Source: Paraspadella gotoi
Taxonomy: Eukaryota > Animalia > Chaetognatha
Length of the DNA: 64,000 nt
NCBI GenBank assembly: GCA_051294375.1
Contig: CM119268.1
Span: 7,836,632 to 7,900,631 of the forward strand
Reading direction: 5' to 3'
Position 1 is the first letter of the stretch. Each line of letters opens with the position of its first letter. Positions 54,891-64,000 of the stretch are shown piece by piece. The translations under genes were made by a program, and so were the position numbers. The notes under the pieces are model-generated. The model searched no databases. It was not told the DNA's origin and saw only the letters and a list, made by a program, of their open reading frames with translations.

Positions 54891-56053
54891 TAATGTTAAC
54901 ACGCACAAGGAATTCTCTCACTCTGACGGAGCATTATTTAGTTCGGAAAATGTTTGTTTGCAATTGAATACATGTTCAGAATTTGCTTAAAAGCGGTTAA
55001 TCTAAAGGGCCAATCATCAAACGAGTATACAGAAAGAAAATGACAAAAAATAGTTAAATGGGATCGAAGGAAAAATTTAGCATCAATAGTCACAAATTAA
55101 GGATAAAAGAAAACATGGAGAAAGTGGCCATGTGAAAGACTTAAAGAAAAAAAATACGATATAAAAAATAATATAAAGATCAGGTGACAAAGAAAAACTA
55201 TTACATTATTAAACTATGTAATGACAAAAAGAACAATGTTTAAAACACAAAATAAGATAAAAAAAAACATGATAAACATAACAAAATAAAAAACTGTAAA
55301 TATAAATAAAACCAAATAAATTAAAACATAAAATATGGAGAAAAGTCACGAAGGATATGAAGAGGAGAGAAATGAAATCGTTGAGGCGATTATTAAATTT
55401 CCGTTTCCAATCGGCAACTCTTGCGCCACAACAACAACGACGACAATTCGCCGTATTACATGAGAGGTCGCGGGTTCGATCCCCTTTTTTCTATTTTTTT
55501 TTTATTGATAAATATCTTCTTCCCGACGCAATTGTTACTTCTCATTTTGGTAAAAACAGTTATAAATAAACAAATAAATAAATAAAAAAGAGAACTTTTT
55601 AACATTCCGTTCCCTATAACTCTTCTCTTCCAAACTATCACAACAACAACAATCGCGACGAAACTAAAGGCGGAAAAATCTCGGGCGTGAACGTCAAATA
55701 ACGCTGATCCCCTTAAAAGGAATCGAGAACCGGGATCCGGAAATCGATTAAGGGGAGGGCGACTCGGGAATTTTTTCGACGGATTTTCGTCGTTTAAACG
55801 AGATTAGAACGAAATCGGAAAAAGTGACGACGTTTCACGCCCAACGTTTTATTTTTCACGCGTCACGAAGTCACGCTCTCACTTCAGCGTCTCACCTTTC
55901 ACACCCAGAAAAATCGCGGGAAATTGAGGCTCAAAGTTCAACATGACACCGAAATTGACAATTTCCCCCCGAGGGTCGAATTTTCGTTGTTATTTTCGTC
56001 GACTTTGGACGAATTGAGGTGAAATTGGAGTAAAAAGTGGATCGATCGAAGAC

Positions 56054-56084
<31 letters not shown>

Positions 56085-56219
56085 ACGACAACAAAGAAAT
56101 TCAGAAATTCAGTTGCCGAATTCGTCGTCGTTTTTGTTGCTGCTGTTCTTATTTTCTTTGAACGATATTGATCATTCTATACATACAATTGAAAAATTCT
56201 TTAAAATATTGTACCACTT

Positions 56220-56390
56220 ATAGGTAAGCCAGTTACTCTGGGAGTGAATAAACGATATTGTGAGAGAATCTTGAACTTGAGGTACCAACCATGTCATTAT
56301 CTTGTAAAAGTGATGGAATCCCTAAACCACCAAAGCCTGTCCAAAGTTGAACGAATAATTATTTTTATTGTCTTTACCAAATTCATATAA
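56220..56390 (-). repeat. Inverted third copy of the 50.4-kb interspersed repeat
   Basis: actctgggagtgaataaacga and taaaccaccaaagcctgtccaaa are reverse complements of sequence at 50467-50567. Confidence 0.8.
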
Positions 56391-56747
56391 ATAAACCAAC
56401 AAAGCCATCGACGTAGACCTAGTAACCGTATGACGTTAATCGCTATTTTCTCGCGTCAACAAAGTCATATGACGAATAAAATCGAGTTGCGTCATCGTTC
56501 GACTCGTCACCTTCGGATCGAATCAGTTTTTTTCGGCGACGAAGTAAACAATTTTCACGCCTTTTCACCAATTCCTCACCCACTCCTTTCTACCCCCCCC
56601 CTCCGCCGAGTTCACGAATGACGTCGAGGAGGATTTTTGACAACAACAACAACAACGACAACAACAACGACGACGAGGCCTGCGGAAGAAAAGATAATTG
56701 ACGATTGGCGTCGAGAGATGCGACCTCGATTAAAGAAACTCGGTCCC

Positions 56748-56761
56748 GTTGCCATGGCGAC
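56748..56761. promoter_or_regulatory. RFX X-box motif GTTGCCATGGCGAC
   Basis: 13 of 14 positions match the palindrome GTTGCCATGGCAAC; lies in a CpG-rich stretch with CCAAT and CRE-like sites. Confidence 0.5.
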
Positions 56762-59700
56762 GGGGAAACTATGACCCCAAAAAAAATGTTGAGAGAGAAA
56801 AATCACTTTTAATCTTTAAGTGAATTGAGTTCGTAAGAAACAAAATAATTGACTGAGTATTATAGCGATAATTACAATAATCATTATTATTTTATTCGCA
56901 ATCTTGCAATTCTTGGCGGAAAAGTTGGGCTCGTGAATAGAGAGAGAGAGGGGCTTCGCTCAACAAAACGAATCCAACGCACGGACCTGAAAATTATCTC
57001 TAATTTGCTGAAATCTGTGTGTCCGTTAGCTACGGGTTCTCAATTAAAGTTTTATCTTTGATCAAGGAAAACATAGTGCGACTGTGCGACTCTGAAACTG
57101 CATGGATCGAAAATGGTATGCAGGGCCCAAGTGAAAGGGATGTTTGCTAATATCTAATAAAAATGCACTAAAAGCACCAACTTTTTTAATGCGGGAGGAG
57201 TACTTTTTATTTAAAGGTTTCACGTATCACAAAGTCATCGAATGAAAACGCAAAGGGTGGAGCAAACTGACCAATCATCCTCGTTGAACCCTTCTTGGCT
57301 CAGAACTCTTCCGCAAAAACTATCTCCCCCTTTTACGTCCGAACCGTGAACGCGCTCGAGTGATCATAGTAGGGAAGTGATATACCGGCGTGGCGCGCGG
57401 AGCCGGGGTGGCGAGGACGGCGGGCGAGCAGGCGGCGTGGGAAAGGGCGGCGGCGGAAGCGGCGACCGGCGGCGCGGCGGCGGCGGCGGCGGCGGCGGCG
57501 GAAACGGGATGAGACGGACAACGTCGGTGATTGTGTTTGGAGCCAATTTCATGACTCATGGGAATTCGCTGTCACGTTTTCTTCGTTTTCAACAGTCAAT
57601 CAGGCGCCTGATAATCAGACCCGATTCCCGACGTTCTCTATCCTTAACCATTTTCTATCTCTCTCTCTCCCTCTCCTCTCTCTTCTCTCTCTCTCTCTTC
57701 TCTCTTCTCATCTCTCTCCTCCTCTCTCTCTCTCTCTCTCCTCTCTTCCGTCACTGGTCTCTGTCGTGCTTGCTTTTTTTCTTTCTTTCTTTCTTTTATT
57801 CCTTTCTATCTTCTTTCTTTCTTTTTTCTTTCATTTCTTTCTTTCTTCTCTTTCTTCTCTTTCTTCTTTCTTTTTCTTTCTTTCTTTCTTCTTTCTTCTT
57901 TCCTATTTCTCTTCTTTTCTGTTCACTATATCCATCCCCTCTCCTTTTGGGAAAAGATTGTTTTTTTAAAAAAAAACGTAAAAAAAGAGGGGCAACAGGT
58001 GCTATGTCTCGCCCACGTATTGCATGTTGTACTGCGCCTTCGAACTATCTTCGATGGAATCGCCATTTTTTTATTATGATTGGGTCTCTTTCTCTTTCTT
58101 TTCACGCACCGTCGTTGGTGCCGTTCGGTCATCCGTCTGTGTGGCGGTGGTTACCGTCCCGCGCGCTCACGACTCCTCCCGTGTTGTCGCATCGCCGATA
58201 TCCTCCATTGCTTATGCGTCGTTGTCGTGTGTCGTCGTCCACCCTGACTCGTTCCGATATTATTGGATTTCATGAAAGGTCACCTTTGTTAGCCAGAATT
58301 CGTCTGTATGTTGTCGTATCCATCGCAGTTTTTTTTTTTTTTTTTTTTTTGTTTTCCTTGTTTTTTTGGTGGTTGGTTTTTTTATTTTTTTGTTTCTTTT
58401 TTTTGTCGGGCGAAAAGAAGGAAAATCGGAATTGACTTTTGGGAGGGCGAGAGGACTGGTCTCCGGTGCTTGTATGGGCGCTGAGCGAGGTTAACCTCTA
58501 ACTGCTCTTATATCTGTCCTCTCTCTCTCCCTCCATCATCTCATCCTGTCCGGGCGGCCGGGTAGATCGTAGTGTAGGTGGATGGTAGTCGTGTCTTCCT
58601 CTCTTCCTCATCTCCCATCGCCTCCTCACTCTCTTTCTCTCTCGTTTTTACTCTTCTGTATCTCTGTCATCTCTCCCTCTTCCACGTGCTCTCTTCTCTC
58701 TCTCTCTCCTCTCTTTTTTCTTATCTCTTTCTATCTCTCGTCATCTCTCCCTCCCTCTCTCACTCGCGAGCGATCTCCTCGTCCTCCCCTCTCGTACAAC
58801 TCCTCCCTCTCTCGTCTCGTCTCGATCGCCTTCTCGGTCAAGTCTGTGCTCACTCCCTCGTCGATCCGATGCCCAATCGATATCACTCTCTGAATTTCTC
58901 CTCCTGATATTGACCTGTTATCACTTTGCAAATCGCTTCGCTAAAAACAGGAGAGCGAGAGAGGCGGGGTGGAGCGGCCGAGGAGAGAGGGACAACCTGA
59001 GGCGTTATATGAGGGGAAAACCGTCAGCGGTCGATAAAGGAGAAAATAAATAGGAGCTAAGGAAAAAGAAAGAAAAAAGAAAAGTACAGGAAGAAAATTT
59101 TAAACTGACAAATTCTGAAAAATAAAACCGACGGATAAAATCTGTTCCGTACCGGAAGGAGCATGGTGTATGTACGTATCTTTTGTTGTCTTCATGAGAG
59201 AGAGAGACACAGTAGATCAAGATAGAAAGAGAGAGGGAGAGAGTAAGAGCGAGAAAAAGACAGGCACACACAGCGATAGGGACAAATACAGAGAGAATAA
59301 AAAAAAATTATTATTTTAAGTTTTTTTTTTGAAGAAAAAAAATCATAATATGTTTTTCAAACGTCCCTTCGTTATCACCTTTTTTCATCTCCCGATATCT
59401 TTTGTTCGCGTTTGTAATCGCGTATAAACGAAGAGAAGAACAAAGCGACTCAATTGTCTTCTCTCTTTTTTTTTTTATTCTCCGTATCAAGGGTACAGAT
59501 CGTCGTCGTCGTCGTCGTCGTCGTCGTCTTCCTTTTCAACCCCAAGCAAATCTCCCGATTTCGCATCTCTAAATCGCCGAATCTCCGAAATCTATATCTC
59601 GTCTTCCGGAGAAAAATCAAGAGGAAAATCGATGTTATCTTCGTCCGCGGGCAAAAAAAAAAAAACAAAACAGGAAATCTGGACTTCTGGGTGGGTCCGT

Positions 59701-60207
59701 TGTCGTCGTCGTCGTTGTTGTCGTTGTTGTTGTTGTTCTCATTATTGTTATTGTTGTCGTTGTTATTGTTATGTTGGTGATACTTAGATTAGTTGCGACT
59801 TTCTCGTGTTACGAATTGTATTTGGTATATCACATTGTATTGTGTAAAAATTATTTCCGTTTGATTGGCAATATAATTATTAAAGATAGGCTTTTAATTC
59901 TCATCCCATTTGCAAAACTCTATTAAGAGCCAAAGAAAACAAAACTTAGGCGCCGAAATTTGGTGCAAATTTGCTTTGACCAATGACCAATGACAATGAG
60001 GATCAATGACTCCTGGCGGTGACGAGATGGTCATTGGTCCCCATTGTGGTCGTCGCAACCGTCGGAATAGTGATATTCGGTTTTCACTGTATTTGACCCT
60101 CCCGCCGACGTCGTCGTCGTCGTCGTCGTCGTCGTCGTTTTCATCGTTTTCTTCGATTTCATTCAGAGTGTATGTAATGCCCTAAGAATAGGACCCCCTG
60201 GCTGTGC

Positions 60208-60284
<77 letters not shown>

Positions 60285-61728
60285 GGAAAGAAATAACAAA
60301 TCTCGTTGTCGAATGAAAACTTGTGTGTTTCTTTTTCTTTTTCTCTTTTCCTTTCGAGTGGAAGGAAAGTTTCTCGCTTCATCAGTTTAGGGACACGTTT
60401 CTCAATGGGAATAGAGAGCATGAAATCGTCGCCATTGTCGTCGTCAACGTCGTCGTCATCATCGTCGTCTTCGGCGTCATAGTCCTCGTCATCGTTAGCG
60501 TCGTCTTTTTCATACATTTTGTCGTCGTCGTCGTCGTCGCCATTTTCGTTAGCGTCATCGTTTTACGTCTTCATCGTTTCGTCATTGTTAAAATTTTCTT
60601 CGTTGTCGTTTTGATCAGCGTCGTCCGTTTCAATCTCTTCACAGTTGACTCTAATTTCATTGTATGCAGTTAGTCAGCCGTGCTGCTCGAATTCTGCACA
60701 GCGCATGAGAAAAAGAATATTTATAATTAGCCTTTACGTTAACTTTTAGAATGTTACAGATCGAGAAAGCCAGAGGGCCACTTGAAAATTTGAAAAACAC
60801 GCAACAATTTTGCAACTCTCCTCGCAGTCACAAATTATATAGTATTATCGCTTATACAACATTCTTAAGTTTACGGTTGACTCCTTTTAACTCCAACTTT
60901 CCCTCACCTTTTCCTGTCACCCTCATCTTCGAACTTACCTCATCTCCGTCAACCTCTCCTTTCGTTCCGTATCGCGCTCGAATAATCGGCGAGAATTTCC
61001 TTCTGAATTTCCCCTTTCACGAGNNNNNNNNNNNNNNNNNNNNNNNNNNNNNNNNNNNNNNNNNNNNNNNNNNNNNNNNNNNNNNNNNNNNNNNNNNNNN
61101 NNNNNNNNNNNNNNNNNNNNNNNNNNNNNNNNNNNNNNNNNNNNNNNNNNNNNNNNNNNNNNNNNNNNNNNNNNNNNNNNNNNNNNNNNNNNNAAAAGAA
61201 AGTGAAGCTCGAAGGTTGCGAGACGAAAATTCGGCGAATTGAGTTTAGTTTCAAAAATTTAAGGGGATTTTTTTTTTGTCGGCGACTGATTGCCCTCCTT
61301 TCAAAATTAACGAGCGCCGAAGAAGGGAAGGTGATACAAGCGTCGGGTGAAGCTCGTCTCACAATTTTGAAAGGTTTATAGATTCGCTCTTTGATTTTTT
61401 TTTGGTTTAACTTTCGTTGTTCGTTTCTCACTTTGTTTCCTTCTTCCTTAGTTTTTCTTTCTTTTTTAGAATGAAACTTTTCTCGCGACTTTCGTTTCTT
61501 ATTTCGCTTTTTTCTTTTTTTCGTCTCGTATCTTCTTCATTTGCTTTTTCTTCTTCATTTTCTTTTTTCATTTTTTTCATTTTCTTCTTCATTTGCTTTT
61601 TCTCATTAAAGTCACAAGACGCGTGTCGTTGTCAGAGACAATGATTTCAGCGACGACGATAACGACGACGATGAGAACGTGGACAACTTTTTGATTTTTA
61701 ATTACTGATTTCTTGACGTAGAAGTGAA

Positions 61729-61761
<33 letters not shown>

Positions 61762-62838
61762 NNNNNNNNNNNNNNNNNNNNNNNNNNNNNNNNNNNNNNN
61801 NNNNNNNNNNNNNNNNNNNNNNNNNNNNNNNNNNNNNNNNNNNNNNNNNNNNNNNNNNNNNNNNNNNNNNNNNNNNNNNNNNNNNNNNNNNNTCTCTCTC
61901 TCTCTCCTTTTCAAATCATATCTTCTATATCTTGTGTTTTTTCGACACCTCACATTCTTTTTTTCTTTTTCCTGTTTCCTCGTTTCTTTTTTATTTTCAT
62001 TTTCTCCTTCTATTTTAAGAATCTAGCCTAGATTCTAGGTCCTCTTACTATTTCTTTTTTCCTTTTTTTTTCTCGCGCTTTATTTTTATCTTTCAGTTTC
62101 CAACTTCAGATTTTTTTTTTNNNNNNNNNNNNNNNNNNNNNNNNNNNNNNNNNNNNNNNNNNNNNNNNNNNNNNNNNNNNNNNNNNNNNNNNNNNNNNNN
62201 NNNNNNNNNNNNNNNNNNNNNNNNNNNNNNNNNNNNNNNNNNNNNNNNNNNNNNNNNNNNNNNNNNNNNNNNNNNNNNNNNNNNNNNNNNNNNNNNNNNN
62301 NNNNNNNNNNNNNAATGGAATCGAAATTAGAGATTCAAAAACATGAGATGAAAATTAAAGGAGAAAAAAAAAAGTTAGGATGAGATGAATCGAAGGAGGA
62401 AAAAAAAAAGGTGAATCAATGTTCCTTCCCTGAATATTCATGGATTTGCGCCTCCCTTTATATTCATCCATTTATTAAGTGGTTAGTAATCTTCTTCCGC
62501 TCTTAACCCTTTTCCTCTCATTCTCTTCGTATTTATCGGCGAGTGAACCTTTTCCCCTTTTTCCCTCATCTCTCTCCGCCTAATGATTGGCGAAGGCAAN
62601 NNNNNNNNNNNNNNNNNNNNNNNNNNNNNNNNNNNNNNNNNNNNNNNNNNNNNNNNNNNNNNNNNNNNNNNNNNNNNNNNNNNNNNNNNNNNNNNNNNNN
62701 NNNNNNNNNNNNNNNNNNNNNNNNNNNNNNNNNNNNNNNNNNNNNNNNNNNNNNNNNNNNNNNNNNNNNNNNNNNNNNNNNNNNNNNNNNNNNNNNNNNN
62801 NNNNNNNNNNNNNNNNNNNNNNNNNNNNNNNNNCGCCC

Positions 62839-62848
62839 GCGCATGCGC
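62839..62848. promoter_or_regulatory. NRF1-type site GCGCATGCGC in a CpG-rich patch
   Basis: Perfect core palindrome; TGATTGG at ~62583 across the gap. Confidence 0.4.
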
Positions 62849-64000
62849 ACGAGGATTCGGAGAGATTCCGAACTGGCGCACGCAGATTTGGTCGCGCACT
62901 TAGTTTCGTTCGAGTGCGCAGTTTCACGAGCGCGTACGAGAGCAAACAAGAGTCGAGAGATGGCGCGTACGAGCTGTGACCGACGCGTACGATCATTAAA
63001 TGGTTGGAGTACGGACGATTAAAATTGTTTAATTGTGTGAAGAACACTTTTGACTTATCAAGAACAATAACAATGGCCGATCTAAGACACGATTTTTTTC
63101 CTTTTCAAATTAATGGGAACCCTCAAGTTTCCAACCAGACATCCCATGTGATATTCAGACCCCTCACACTGACACAATCCCTACAACCTCTAAAAACAGA
63201 GAAACTCTTCCTCCTTCCTCCACTTTTCCTTTTTTTTTCTTCTTTTAATCTCCTTTTTTTTTACTCTCGTGAGGATTTTCCTNNNNNNNNNNNNNNNNNN
63301 NNNNNNNCATCTAAGACACGATTTTTTTTCTTTTTCAATATTAATGAAAACCCTCAAGTTTCCAACCAGACATCCCAAGTGATATTCAGACCACTCACAT
63401 GAACAATCCCTACAACCTCTAAAAACATGAGAAGACTCTTCCTCCTTCCTCCACTTTTCCTTTTTTTTTTCCTTTTTAACTTCCTTTTTTTTTTTTTACT
63501 CTCTGAGGATTTTCCTCACCTTTCCTTTTTCTCTTCGACCTGTTCCAATTTCAATCGCGACGAGACTCGTTCGGCCTTTGACCCGAGCGGTCGTTGTTGT
63601 TGTCGTCGTTGTCTTCCTTGTTGTCTTTACATTACCTTTCGTTCGATAGGGGATCCAAGAGCAGTCATTACATTGTCCAATATCCCTGGCGTGATTGGAT
63701 CATTCAAGCTTTATATTAATCGCAAGCAAATTAACCCTTACTTTCCTTTGCTGTCGTCGTCGTAGTTGTCGTCGTCATAGTATTGGCAGGATATGTGATA
63801 ATATTCTTCGTCGCCGATGCTGTATTCTCACCGAGTTATGTCATTTTCGTCGTCTTCTTCGTCATTCTCGTCGTCATCATCTTCCTCTTTCACACCGCCA
63901 TCTCCATTTTCGACCAACGCCGCCACGCTATCTCTCGACGTGCGCCGAAAACAAATTAAAGATTTTCACGCCCTTCGCTCGCTCTCGTTCTGTCTCGTTC

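Overview
Eukaryotic (animal) draft-genome window: AT-rich, microsatellite-laden and gapped. Positions 4-14050 (+) hold the 3' part of an intron-dense LAR-type (type IIa) receptor protein tyrosine phosphatase gene. I traced 25 GT-AG exons covering FN3 repeats, the transmembrane segment, D1 and D2, ending ...GSFDHYAA*. The model has one apparent 1-nt frameshift near 4698-4752, an assembly-scrambled D2 region at 11.1-12.0 kb, and candidate juxtamembrane cassette exons. The other 50 kb is mostly simple repeats, N gaps and noisy tandem duplications (1.35 kb, 7.7 kb and a 5-6 kb mosaic) that look like long-read gap-filling artefacts. Inside the 7.7-kb duplicated unit I reconstructed a tentative 4-exon gene for a small secreted 4-Cys neuropeptide-like precursor. 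Many introns have G-rich 5' ends and C-rich 3' ends, and AAG acceptors are frequent. There are several promoter-like motifs (X-box, NRF1, CCAAT, DR1) and a few orphan exon-like segments I could not identify. The organism cannot be named from this window.
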